A stretch of DNA of 63,717 nucleotides, the filler included, from Atractiella rhizophila (Eukaryota), in the NCBI GenBank assembly GCA_021432655.1. It is 6 parts of 6 records of this genome, joined end to end, with 100 filler letters (N's around TTAATTAATTAA, not from the genome) between each part and the next. Parts side by side here need not be neighbours in the genome. Positions count along the whole stretch, not along the records: positions 48,776 to 62,536 come from MU271972.1; 5 more parts are not named here. One strand, written 5' to 3'. The translations under genes were made by a program, and so were the position numbers. The notes beneath the pieces are model-generated. The model searched no databases, had not been told where the DNA came from, and worked only from the letters and a program-made list of their open reading frames with translations. Positions 48,776 through 61,321 of the stretch are shown here, in pieces; within the stretch, counting starts at the first letter, position 1; the number at the start of each line of letters is the position of its first letter.

Positions 48776-50705
48776 CTACGACCCAGATGCGGAGATAAAG
48801 AATGAAAAACCGCTCATCTTCCAGTCAAACTTGGTCTTGCATCGAGTCTTCGGATATGGGATCCAGCAGATTGAGCAGAGAGACGACCCAGATCTCACTT
48901 TACAAGTCTTGAAGAACCTCATCCGACGAGTTGACGACTTATGGCGTTGGTTGGAGGCAAGGAGGCTGCACGATCTCAGGGTTGCGCCGAATGGCCCGAG
49001 CAAGAGTTTCACTTATTATCAATACTATTCAAGACGTGGAGGTTCGTCTCATTCTGCCTGCCTCTGAATTCCATTCTTTGAAACAAAAAAGCTGTTACTG
49101 ATGACTATGCGCAGAGTTCGCAATCCGCATGTTTCGCTGCTTTTCCCTTGCTGAAAAGCAACTCGAACGAACCTTTCACCCTGCACTAGATGCGTTCCGG
49201 AACCAACTGCAAAGGAGGGTCGATGCCGAGATTGGAAATTTCGCAGACTGGTTGAAGATTTGTCACTCAGTTTGTCTTTCCACCCTCCCCAAGATTACTG
49301 ACCTGATAATTCCATAAGGAACTTATACTCACCAAGCCTGAAGTGACTTCCGAGTTCGTTCGACCTCTCCGCCTGATCTGTAGAGTCTTCGGCTACCTCC
49401 CTGGTTCATTCAGCTATTGGGAGAGGTACCTAAAAAATGCCCCGAAGTCGCTGGAGAGGAAGCTTCAGGAGGCCCAATGGGTCCTCCAGGTCTGCAAACC
49501 CCTCGGATTTTTCTCAAAGTCGACGGCAGATTGGGCTACGAAACTTGAAGAAGCAATAAGCAAATTCGCTTCGAGCGAGGTACGTAAATGTTAATGAGCA
49601 AGACGTTATACTAACCATCGTGCAGCCAAAAATGTTTACTCAGGCGTCACTCACCAATCCCCCATCCACCACCGTTGTTGAGCCTAATTACTCGGTATCT
49701 GCCCGCAATAATCAGAACGATATAAAAAAGTCCTTGCCCAGCACCTTTGGACAGTACGCTGCTGCTTTGTCTCCTATATATGCACCGTCTCCGCCGCATG
49801 CCCAAACCAATCATTATTCCCCTTCGTCACCTCTAAACAGCTCTTTCAAAGATATGCCTTATTCCCCTCCTCCAAGCTTGGTGGACCCATCATCACCCGT
49901 CGCATCTACCGCTCTGTATCAGTCATCATCTTCACCTGTTACCCAAAGTTCGTTACATCCTGTACCACTCAGTCGAGAGGGGTCTGGGTATGCCAATTCG
50001 CCAAACCAACATTATCCGTCGCCTTCGTCCTCAGATTCTCCCGTGGATGTTAACTTGCAGCCATACGGAACGCATTTGTCGAATTCGGCAGCAAGTTGGG
50101 ACGTTCAATCCAGCAGCCCTTCATCGACTGGGTTACCCCATCCGCCAACTACAGCCGAAGCTCCTGGGGCATCATGGGACAGATCTTCCCCCGATCAACG
50201 ACAGGATGCTAGAACTTGGATCCAACCCGTGATGATTCAACCTCCTCGCCTTCCTGAACTCGCCCCTCATCTCCAGGCACCAACTTTTTCCCACGTTCCA
50301 CAATTCACCGCGGATTATGCCCCCCGTCACCATCACATATATCCACCATATACCGCAACCGCTGCTAGTATTACCTTTGATCAGTCCCAGGATGCAGCTC
50401 CAGCAGCGTCGAAGCGTCCGCTTTACCCCGTGGAGGAACACAACTTACCTCCTTATCAGTCTGGTTATCCCTATCTTTATGAACTGCAACCTCAATCTCA
50501 GTCTCTTCCCTATTATTCGAATGGACACCCGGTTCAACCAAACGGATACACAGCTCCATACCTTCCCCTCGATCAACAGGTACAAACCCAACAACGGGTC
50601 GACATAGCGAATGTCCTGACCCATAAGGCCGTGAACGAGATTTCGAACACCGGAGATCCCAACTCGATTCCTGCTGTCTCTATTTATTATCCGAGAAACA
50701 CATGA
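48776..50705 (+). CDS. Hypothetical protein: helical multi-exon region plus P/S/Q-rich C-terminus (possibly the 3' part of a fungal transcription factor); 5' end lost
   Basis: Four ORF segments separated by ~50-60 nt GT-AG introns with branch sites; 361-codon low-complexity last exon. Confidence 0.6.
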
Positions 50706-50938
50706 TCTTGGCTGTCTCATAGTGCATGATCTTCTTATAAGTCGGTGTATGTAGTTCTGGATTTCGATTCTTCTCTTCAGTGTTTGTTCTTGCTCTGTGA
50801 TTATTCGTGCTACGAGACTTCATAGATGGCAGAACAAATGTGTAACAGGATGCAACACTACAGAATGGAAAAATGAAGATGATACCATCAAAGATTAAAG
50901 CTTCTGGCGCTTTTGTAACCAAATCCCAACAATCATAT

Positions 50939-52249
50939 TCACTTCAAGCCCTCTTCCTCTTTATGAAACATCGATTCCACCCCCTGCATCTTTTCAGTTC
51001 CACCTTCACTACCCATCTCCCTCTCCCCACTTGCCTTCTCGACATCCTCTACCTTCTTCTCTCCTTCCTTTACCGCTCCACCTGGTTGATCTTCCGGCGC
51101 TTCCGACCGTCTGAACCTATCCATCAGACTCCTTCCCACTGCTCCCAATCCTCCAACCAAATCTGCCGGCCTCAGTGGAGCAAGGACACTGCCACCTCCG
51201 CCAGCAATCCTTCTTTCCGGGCTCCTCTCTCTCTCCCTCTCCGAAGGGCCGGGTGGTCGCCTTGTGCCGGTGGACAGGAGGGGAAGCATGGTTGGTCCCA
51301 ATCCAAGGTCATCTCTCGTCGGAGGGTCGGTTTTGTCGATGCTAGGCGATCGACCCCTGAGTTGGAGACGTGGCGGAGTGGTGGACGGCTCCCCCGTTTG
51401 ATTTTCCAGCCATGGAATGGGCGAAAGCATATCCATCAGTTGAGGTGCATTTACATTAGGCTCCAGGGAAGCGAGCGGCGTGGATGGAGGAAGAGGGAAA
51501 GCGGAGATGGGAGAGGTAACGGAGAGCACGCGGGAGATAGCTTGCATGTAAGAGGCAAGGGTGCGATGGTGTGGATGGCAGAAACGAGGGGAAGTAGAGG
51601 AAGAAGAGATGGATGGATCACCTTGCAACGAAGGGCCTGGTGGAGTGATTGGATCAATGATACAGAGCTCCACCAGTCGTTGGATTGTAAATGGAGGAGA
51701 CCTACGCTCAATTTATCCACAGTCAGCTTACCAACTCTGTTTATAAAGCTAAGAGGAAACAAGCACTCACGAGCCAAATTGACCATCGATGGTTGCGAAG
51801 AATTGTGTCTTCCGACTAGATACTTCGAGTGCCGTGAGCTCTGGAAGCTGTAGAGCCCGACGTTGAGGAGACTTCTCCGGTGACTTCTCAGGCGAATTTT
51901 CTCGCGCCTTTTGGTAGGCAGTTATGTTCTGCGCCGTGGCTCCACATTCAGTCAGCTGAATCCACAGGAGAAAGAACCAACCGCATCGATTTTGTATTTA
52001 ATCATGTCCTTCAACTTGTTCCAATCCACCTGCCTAAAACCCATTTAACTAGTCCGTACAAAGACTGTAGTAAAATTCATTCACTCCAGAGAGCCTGTGG
52101 ACGCAACTTTTTGAAGTGTTTCCTCATATTCTGCAGGCAACGAAGGTCAGCATGAATACATCCTGACTTTTGAACTACTCGCCATCTTTCCACTCGATTT
52201 TCTGAAGATTCTGAGCTTCAGCGACAATTTGAACCATTGCCTCAGCCAT
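50939..52249 (-). CDS. Protein phosphatase 4 regulatory subunit 2 (PPP4R2/Psy4 family)
   Basis: EYEETLQKVASTGSL, WNKLKDMIKYKID, FGS|SPPFTIQRLVELC, TLASYMQAISRVLSVTS, acidic tail. Confidence 0.85.
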
Positions 52250-52856
52250 CGCAGATCAATGTTTCCACAACTTGTAGTATGGTCACGTGTTCCCATCCAA
52301 AATCGGTAATTCCATTGCAGCAGACAATCGCGGCAGACTGAGGAACACAACGGATGCAGAAAGATTTGCTGTATAGTATGGTTGCCCATGGCAAGGTTAG
52401 ACTGCCTTTNNNNNNNNNNNNNNNNNNNNNNNNNCAGCCGCTGTGTAATGGGCCGACGAGGACGGGAGGCACGGCGTGTGTGAGCTGAAGGACTCGCTCT
52501 TCGATATTGAACTTATGATGCACTAGGCACGGTTGCTGAGCAATCCGATTCTCAGACGTGCCCCGTTTTCATGCCCGATAAGGCTAACCTGTGGATGTGT
52601 AGAATAACTTTCAAGGCCACACTTTGAAGTTTCCTGCTTGTCTAATCCACTTCGGATGCCGTAGCAGCCTCCCCGCTGCTCTTCTCATCAATGATGCTCA
52701 CTAATCGCTTCCTAACGCTGCATGTCGAGTCAAGACAGGTTAGCAGTCCAAAATATGGCAACATCTGCTTGACGCCTGCGACTTAAAAGGGGACACGATT
52801 CTCTAAACTTCATCACAATCACTCAGCCTGAGCATCAAACTGTTTACGTCTCAAAC

Positions 52857-53967
52857 ATGACTTTCAAGACCTTCGCCATCGCCGGAATCTCTGGGAAGAT
52901 CTCCAAGACAATCTTACAAACTGTAAGCCGATCTTCTCTCGCGAAGGATGGTTTCCTGAGATTCCAATTGCAGTTTCTTGACCTCCCTACGGTCCCAAGA
53001 ATATATGTCCTTACTCGCCAGGACAACCCTGATGTTCCCTCTCATCCAAACATTAGCATTGTCAAAGTGGACTATTCTTCGCCAGATACGATTGCTGCTT
53101 CTCTTCAGGGCAAGGGTATCGAGGTCTTGGTCAGCACCATTGGTGGAAATCTACTTGCACAGGAACCTTTGGTTAAAGCAGCGAAGAAAGCGGGAATCAA
53201 ACTTTACGTTCCCTCGGAGTACGGTTCCATTCCCAAAGGTAACCTCCCACTCTATTCATAAGGAAGTGCTGATGTGGTTGAACCGTTAGAAAACACCCCT
53301 CTTGCATCAAAAATCACCATTCGGAAGTTGGCTGAAGCGGAAGGTATCCCCACTGCGATCTACCTCAACAGTCTTTTTTACGAATATGTGCCTTTGTAGG
53401 TCCTCCTTGTGGACATAGAAACCGTGTGCTGAGCAGCGGTTATCCAGGATTTTCGGAAAGGAGAAAGTGACTGTCTTGAACGGAGGAAACGGCATTCTCA
53501 GCGTCACCTCTTTTGTGGATGTTGCCCGTTTCGTTGCTTGGTCGTTGACCACGCTGCCCGAAGAGGAGCTGTACAACTCTACTTGGAGGTTGGAAGGAGA
53601 TCGTTTGAGCGCTAAACAGATCGCGGTATGTCTCACTTCACTTCCGTCTCAATTGTTCGAATCCTACCGATGCTTGTGCCGTAGGAATTGCTGAAGAATA
53701 AATACGGCAGCGAAATTGTCCATGTGAAAAAGGAGGACCTTCCCCTGACGCAAGACTTTCCGGGATTCATCAACTTCTTTCACATCTACGTTTGTTGTTC
53801 CTTTCTTAACTACCAACTGAAATAACGATACGTCGCAGATCGACGAGGGCTGTGGAACAACCACTTTCGATTTGGGACCAGGCGATTCATCGGACCGTAT
53901 CAATGCTGTCAAGGCCTGGCCAGAATGGAAACCCAAGAAATTTGCAGAATACTTGAGCAGCGCATAA
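52857..53967 (+). CDS. NmrA-like / isoflavone-reductase-like NAD(P)-binding protein
   Basis: FAIAGISGKI, VLTR, KVDYSS, LVKAAKKAGIKLYVPSEYG, TSFVDVARFVAWSL, WPEWKPKK. Confidence 0.9.
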
Positions 53968-54623
53968 AGTGTGTATACTGTTATAGAAAGGTTGAAATTG
54001 GGATTGTTGCTATTAGGGACATTCAGAGAACCAAAGGGTGGCCGTGGCACCAGCATCTTCGTTCATTCGTGCTCTAGCAGAACTCATGGGAACAAAACAG
54101 ACCTCAACATTAACTTGAACACGCCAATCGGCAGCAACCCTCTGTGTAGACTTTCGCGGCGTTTCGCGGAAATCACTCCTTTAAAGCCTATGAAAAGGCA
54201 CGAGAGAACAACTCAAAAAGACCACAATAGCCGACAAGCTGAGCAACTAGCTGAGCAATATGCTGCTTCCGATGACGGGGATGTGGACGGGAAGGCAGGC
54301 TTCTCAATTTCTGCCCAAGTAAAGGGAGGATTCCTTGCTGCTGTTGTGCTTGCCTAATCCTATCCGTCCGTCCAGTTGAGGAATAGGTTGGTTCTGGCTG
54401 TTGCATGTTTGCGAAAACGCGCGAATGTGCGAACAATGACACCTAAAATGTCAATTGGTATATGAGCAAGAGCCAGCTAAAGAGCATATATAGGTGAGGT
54501 GAGCTTTGAGAACTGTATCCATCATCCATTCGAGTCATTACAAATTTGATCTTTTGGACGTTTGATATCACTCGCGGAGGACATCGTCTTTCGTGTTATG
54601 GATTTCGCACATGAAACGGTGAA

Positions 54624-55273
54624 GTGCAAACACTTCTACAATATAAGATCAGTGTTCGACAGGTAGCTGAACGGGAGGGAATTCCTACTGCAATTTGCTT
54701 CAGCGGGCGATTTGCGGAATACAGGAAAGTAGTTAAAGATCAAGCAAAGAAACAGCCGATGTTTATACAGGAAGTGATGCTGACACCCTTCTCCCTTCCT
54801 TCAAAACTTGTACTTTATCTCACCGTAGATTCTGAAAGGATCGATTCTCGGGGGATCAAAGCAGATGAAGCGTACGGAGGTATGAGGAGAACCTTTACAA
54901 TTCCCGGAGGATGGAGGGAGACCCTCTCAATGTGAACCAAATTGCTGTACGTTCACCTTCCACGAGCAATTGGTCACCACTTGATAGTTCAAACAGGAAA
55001 CATTGAAGATCAAACATGGGGCTGAAATTGTCCGCACCTCAGAAGAACATCTATTCCCACCCAAAAATATCTTGGTTTGGAAATTTCTCTATTGATATGT
55101 TCGTCCTTTCTTTTTATCTCACAACTCCATTGAGGGCATTGGTAGATTCAGCGAGGATATGGCACTACCGCTTGGGGTTTTAAAGATGAAATTCTTTGAA
55201 TCATATGGATGCACTCAAAGAATGGTCAGAATGGAATCCAAAGACTTGTGAAGAGGTGGTAGATAGTGAGTAG
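54624..55273 (+). pseudogene. Decayed tandem paralog of the NmrA-like gene (3' half)
   Basis: RQVAEREGIPTAI vs RKLAEAEGIPTAI; YGGMRRTFTIPGGWRE region; KHGAEIVR vs KYGSEIVH; WSEWNPK vs WPEWKPK. Rossmann N-terminus not found. Confidence 0.7.
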
Positions 55274-57066
55274 ATTAGGGAACTCAGGATATCAATAGAT
55301 ATGATTAATCGACTGTTGCAATTGTGACTCCCTTAAGGATCGTTGGAAACTATGGCAACAGCAATTAAATCTGTCATTGTACAAGTGACATGATGCAGAT
55401 ATTGGCGAGCTCAAGCTGCTGCCACACATTAGGTAACAGTCAGTCGCCAGGGACAGAATGACCCGAGATTAACACGACACCAACATGGGGCTTACTTACT
55501 GTGAGAGCAAGATAGAGAGAAAGGTAAAGGTTCTTGTGTTTAGGTGCTGCGTGACAACATTGCTCACCTGAATAACTCAAAGCTCATCGAAGTACTTCAC
55601 AAACCTTGAAACACCAACCCCAAGGAACTTTAACCGATCACAAAATCTTCTTTCATGACGAAAGACTCTCAGGCAGTGAATCTATCGTTGACGTTTATCG
55701 CAGCGTCGACCAATATTAATCTCTGTCTCAACGCATAGAAAAGGCAGATTGCTGTAGAGCTTGGAGGTGAGCAAACACTTGGTTTTGCAGTGAACTATGA
55801 ATCCGTAGTGTTTCCGTTTCTCTATCAACTATGAATTGATTAGTCCTTCATAATTTTATCTTTTCCTAAAGATCCAAGATAAAGAGGGCTGCATAATATC
55901 ATGGGATTAGAAGTAACTAGACTGATTGGTTCTAAAGTTGCTGACTTTTTATGCTAACTCCTTTTGAGCTACATGGACACAAATGACCTTAGGCACTATC
56001 TGCTTGAAGAAAGAAATTAGTGCCCAACGTTCTTGTGACTCATTGAGCTACGTAGTTTCGCCAGTATTCCTTTTAATCTGCAAGTCTGACGCATCTCTTA
56101 AAGGTTTTTGAATGTCCACATAAGAGTTTTCATACTGCAGTGGACTGTCACTTGTGACCGTTCCTGCACGCACTTACTCGTCATCGCTTAAAGTTTGCCT
56201 CGGCAGCTTTCTTCTTGCCAGCTCGGTGACCTTTGACTTTGAGACTCTGTGTCGCTCTTCTGTCCTCCTTACCGCAGGTTCAGGGTAAGCGACCTGTTGT
56301 TAGGTAGGGGATGATACTTCCGGTGGCCATGGTGTCCTAGTTTGTCTCCGCTTCACAGGAGGTCGTTTTCTATTTGAAGCCATGGATGTGATGCTCTGAT
56401 GTCGCCTTTTCCCACTGGAAGGACTCACATCTGTTTATGAGGACACATTTTATGGTACAGTTCAAAGTTGAATATTTTAATCCTTACGGTGTCGATTGGA
56501 TTTTGTACTCCTTTTGTTGCAGCTTTGTCCGGGACGTACTCCAGTGCTCAGGAGAGGATGAACAGTGGGTTTCGTTTCCTCCCCTCCTATCCTACGGACG
56601 CATGAATCTCACCTATCACACCTTTTTACAACAGCCTGAACCGTTTCTCCTCCACCACTCTGTCAAACAAGAACAGGTGGGGCACATCTGCAAAAGAGCA
56701 TACAATAGTTACAATATCAAGGAGATTGGCTCAGTTTACCTCCATTCTTAGAACTTACTCTTCACTTGTTCTACTTTGCGCGACGATCCTGGTGTCACTC
56801 TTCCCCGTCTGTCCCACTACACAGGTCGTCATGGAGTCCATGTTTCCGCTTGGTTCGCGACCGGTCGCTGTTTAACGTTCGCTTGTGACGCGACGGCTTA
56901 CAAAATTTTTAAAGCACCAGGGAACATTCTCATCTCATCCACAACATCATGGACTCGCAGGAAGGGCGACGCTTTTGCAGGACTTCGAGGTTGGGTCAAT
57001 GGCTTCATGAAAACGGAGGCCATTTCCACGAAGCCTTGTATTTTGAAGTGTGCATCCTTCCTTACA

Positions 57067-58515
57067 ATGAAAGTTGAAGATCTCATTTCATTTCTGAAGC
57101 ATACCCCAGACCACGGAACGGGCGTGTTCACTTCTTCTTCCCTCGATCCAAATGCAGAACTCGTATCCTGTCCTTTCTCGCTATCCATCAACTCCGCCTC
57201 CTGTCGTTCCGCTCTCAAGGACCTCGGATTTTCTTCTGCTCTCCTGGACAACTGGAATGAGCACCAATGTCTTGGCGTCTACCTTGCATTGCATCTGGCT
57301 TTTCCTCCCCTAGCGGAAGGCGGAACAAAGTCATTGAAACATCATGCCTATATCCAGAGTTTACCGCGGAAAGACGAAATGATGACTCCGCCATGGTGGG
57401 CCGAGGAAGAGAGGGCATTGCTGAAAGGCACAAATTTAGGTGTCAGCACAAAGGTGAGGACGGACGATTGGAAAAATGAACATCGAGATATTTTAGCTGG
57501 TCTCGAGACGGAGATGGGATTGTTAGTGGACAAGGAGCTTCTTTTACGCGGTTTATCGTGGTAAATTACCCTCACTCTACCCATCACGAATTGCAGCTCA
57601 CAGATAAGGCAGGGAATCGTACCTCTATGCTGGGACTATTCTCTCCTCCCGTTCCTTCCCATCCTCCCTCCTCCCGTCTCAACCCTCCTCCAGTCCTTCG
57701 TCCCAGGTCCTCTTCCCAGGTGTCGACTCGTTGAACCATCATCGGGCCACGCCGATAACGTGGTCTCTCTCCTCCTCCTCCATCACACTCGTACCTTCTG
57801 GCACAGCGCCCCTCGAAGAGAACGTGGAGGTGTTCAATACATACGGTCCCAAGTCCACCGACTCCTTCATTCTTGGATATGGATTTGTTCCCTCTCCACA
57901 CACAACGGAAGACGACCTGCTTTCTCTCCAGATACCCCTCCCGGATCCATCCCTACAAGACGCCTTATTCGCTCTCGGGTTCGACAAGGACTACCCTACT
58001 CGTTTTTTAATTCCTATCACCGGTGACATGCCTGAGGACATGCTGAAGTTGTTACGATTGTTGTTGGTCACGAGAGAGGATGGAGACATGGAAGAAGAGG
58101 AGGAGGAGCGGAGTGTGCGTGAATGGGCGAAAAATTTTACGTCCACAGCAGAATCGGAACTACCAGACTTGACCTTTGTGTCGTGGTATAATGAGTTGGA
58201 GATGTGGGATGTGCTTCAAGGAATGTTACAAGCGAAGCAGAGGGGGTTAGAAGGCGTAAGAAAACGGGTGGAGGAGAATGAAGAGGCGAATGTGAGAAAG
58301 GAAGTGAAGGAGATGATCCTCCTCTATCTGAAAGGCACGACTTCATTTCCATACTGTATGCTGGCTGACAGGAAGCAATAGGTCAGATCGAGATACTCGA
58401 GAATGCTCTCTCTCAAACACTAAAAAGGGCGGAAGAGACTCGAGAGAAGGCAAAGGAAGCAGGAGTAGAAATGGATGAGGATGAAGAAATGGAGTCTGAT
58501 TCATCTGATTCCTAA
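57067..58515 (+). CDS. SET-domain protein-lysine methyltransferase (Rubisco-LSMT/Efm1/Rkm type)
   Basis: HGTGVF, LVSCPFSLSIN, YIQSLP, LLKGTNL, YAGTILSSRSF, LFPGVDSLNHH, EVFNTYGPKS..FILGYGF. Confidence 0.9.
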
Positions 58516-58687
58516 TAATCAGTTCTTTGTACCGCAACTTCTTGAATGTTTCAAAAGTAATGTAGGAAGCAAACATAATGGAGTACAAAAGCATAATCGA
58601 TATCTGTTTCCAATTTAAGCTGGAATAATTTACACGGCCGCTTCACGACCTTTTTAACTCTCCACCCCAAACTAGAATCGGTTGGAT

Positions 58688-60442
58688 CTACTTCGTCCTC
58701 TGTTTCTTCCCTCCCCTTCCTCTTCCACCTCTTCCCCTCCCCCTGCCCCTTCCAGCCCTCTTCGCTTTCTCCGCGACCCTCTTCGCGCTCTCCAGCTTCC
58801 TTGTCGCCATCTGCACACCATTCGTGTGATGAAACTCGCCAGCCTGCTCCTCCGTAACCTCGTACCACTCCACCTTGTTCCCGTTGTTGAGCACGGAGAG
58901 GTGCGTGGATAGCTTCTCAGTTGCCTCTGCTGGGGTGGCGAATGCGTCCTTGAATAAGGCGGTGCCGGTTAAGGTTGTGGAGGAGGGAGTGGAGGGGTGG
59001 AAGGAGATGAAGTAGATGGGATGATGAGGGGCTACCGCGTCCTGTTTGATTGCACAGTCACAGTCGCAATTAGGATGGGCGAAGCAAAAAGGTGGAGGGA
59101 GGAGGGACAAACCTTGATCTCTCCATGGTAGTTCGCTCTCGGTTGTTCCTTCTTCTCTCCTCCCTCACCGTTTGTAGCTTCACTCGCCTCCTCTTTAGGC
59201 GGAGAAATGATCCTCAAGCCCATCAAGGCATCTTTCCTTCCCAAAAACTTGCCATCCGTAGGTTTCAGCTCCTCTCCATCTTTATACCCTTTCACGATGA
59301 CATCCTCCCCACCCTCGCCCTGTTGCACAACCCACGTCTTCCCTTCATACGTCATCTCAAACTCTACCTTCTCCTCCGTTTCCTCTTCCGGTTCCTCATC
59401 CTCCGCCTTCCTCTTCTTCGAATCCTTCCCTTTTCCCTTCCCTTTTCCTTTCTCCGACCTCTCTTTCTCCTTCTCCAAGTACGCCTCGATTCCTCCATTC
59501 TCTTCCACCCAAAAAGCGTTGAACACTCCATGACTGGGTTTAACGTTTGTGGGAATCTCTTCGAATTGGATACCCTTTTCGATACACTTTTCGCGCATGT
59601 AGTCCTTCTTCTTTTGTACCACCATAGGAGCGGCCTTCCGTTCTGCCTCTTCGGATTCGACGACGGTGTAGGTGTTTTTGGGGGCGAAGGAGAGACTGGA
59701 TGCATCCAGTTTGGAGAATGCGTCTGCGAGCTCGACGTTGGAGAATTCTACAAAGACGGATCCCTGTAATTATTCCCACCCATCATGAAAGACAAATCAA
59801 CACGACATTTCTCCACTTTCATAAAATGCTGAAGAAGAGAAGACAGAGACGAACCTTAAACCTCCCCCGTCCACGTTTATCTCCCTCTCCCTCCCTCCTC
59901 ATCCTCACCGCCAACACCTTTCCCTGGACCTCCTTCCCCACCTTCTCCTCCACCACGCCCTGTGTCCACTCCGAGATCTCAGTGAGCAACTTCATATCCT
60001 CCTCCTTCAACTCCGTCGATCCCTCCTTCGCTCCGCTCCTCGGGAAACCCTTCACATACACGCTCCGCTCATTCACGTCCGCCACCTTCACCAGCGCCTC
60101 CCTCCTCCGCACCTTCGCTTCTCCATCCACGTCGTCGACCACGAGGCTGTCCGAGGCGGAGAGCGCCTCTCGGATCTTCGTGAGGCCGAGAGAGGTCACG
60201 TACGGACTCATACGTTTGAAAGAGCAGAGGTGGGCGAGAGAGACGAAGCCGGTCCCCATTCCGTTGACGGGGGAGGAGGCGGAGAGGGCATAGAGGTGTT
60301 TGTCGAAGGGCAGGTTGGACGAAGAGAGGTAGAACTCGACTTTGGTCCACAGACGGATAATGATCAGTCGTTGTCCTGATCAAATGGATGGAAAGGACAG
60401 ACTTTGTTCGCGAGCCTTTTCTGCGTCGGTTTTTTCGGCCAT
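58688..60442 (-). CDS. LHP1: La RNA-binding protein (La motif + RRM)
   Basis: AREQ|.EFYLSSSNLPFDKHL, FVSLAHLCSFKRM, ERSVYVKGF, VRMRR, FK|GSVFVEF, basic RG-rich C-terminus. Confidence 0.9.
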
Positions 60443-60816
60443 TTCAATAACTATAACAATGTTACACTGGACTTATTTCGTGGGATGGCACGACTCGTTC
60501 AGGAAAACAAAAAATAAATCCAGTCAGCTGATTCAGGTTGTAGTTCTCCTTCCTTACTGTAGTTCAGGCGCACTAACATTCAGATAATGATCAGTCGTTT
60601 TTCTGATCAAATGATGGAAAGGACAGACTTTGTTCGCGAGCCTTTTCTGCGTCGGTTTTTTCGGCCATCTCAATAACTATAACAATGTTACACTGGACTT
60701 ATTTCGTGGGATGGCAGTCGACCTGCACGACTCGTTCAGGAAAACAAAAATTAATCAAGTCAGCTGATCACGTTGTAGTTCTCCTTCCTTCCTGTAGTTC
60801 AGGCGCACTAACATTC
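60356..60816. repeat. Direct tandem duplication (~230 bp x2) of La exon 1, the intron 1 donor and upstream region
   Basis: 60356-60581 and 60583-60816 are near-identical; both carry MAEKTDAEKAREQ and the donor site. Confidence 0.95.
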
Positions 60817-60886
60817 GGGCAAAACATTCCCAATCAACCAGACAATCCAAGAACCAGGTGACGGACAGCAGGCAAGATCAGCCAGG

Positions 60887-61321
60887 ATGGACGTCGACGT
60901 CTCCACCGTGCAACCAATAGCGATGGGCGAGTCCATGAACATGGAGGTGGACAAGCCTCCGTCACGCTCTCCGTCGCCCTCTTCGCGCTCGCACTCGCAC
61001 CACGACTCGCCCTCTCCCCCGCCTCTGCCCGCGGTGGACGAGGCCGTGTTCGCGCAGCAGCGTCTGGCGGAGCATGCGTTGCGCATGAACAAGCGCAGGG
61101 AGCGGCTGGAGGGCATCCCGCTGCTCGATTTGTTTGTGGATTTCAAGGCGTTGGTGGAGAGCAGGGGTGAGGGGTGTGTGGAGGTTAGGGTGAGGGAGTT
61201 GGAGAGGGGTGGGGGTTGGGAGAGGGAGAAGTGGAGGGTTGGTGGGAGTGAGAGTGAGGGAGAGGGGAGTGGAAGCGAGAAGGAGAAGGAAAAGGAAAAG
61301 ACGGTGTTGTCCTCTGTGGAA
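60887..61321 (+). CDS. Hypothetical protein, first exon, divergent from La; continuation unclear
   Basis: GC-rich open frame from ATG ending at a GTGAGT donor. Confidence 0.45.

Noticed and set aside
50873..51853. 326-aa plus-strand ORF
   Set aside because: Antisense shadow of PPP4R2 with no recognisable motif.
56776..57066. N-terminal extension of the SET ORF from a TTG start
   Set aside because: Non-ATG start; the ATG at 57067 in an ACAATG context fits the domain start better.
59092..60293. Long plus-strand ORFs (225 and 197 aa)
   Set aside because: Antisense to the purine-rich La coding sequence.
20527..60442. Apparent RNA/tRNA-metabolism cluster (TYW1, R3H-SUZ, La, SET methyltransferase)
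   Set aside because: These genes sit on three different contigs joined artificially; the adjacency is not real except for SET and La.
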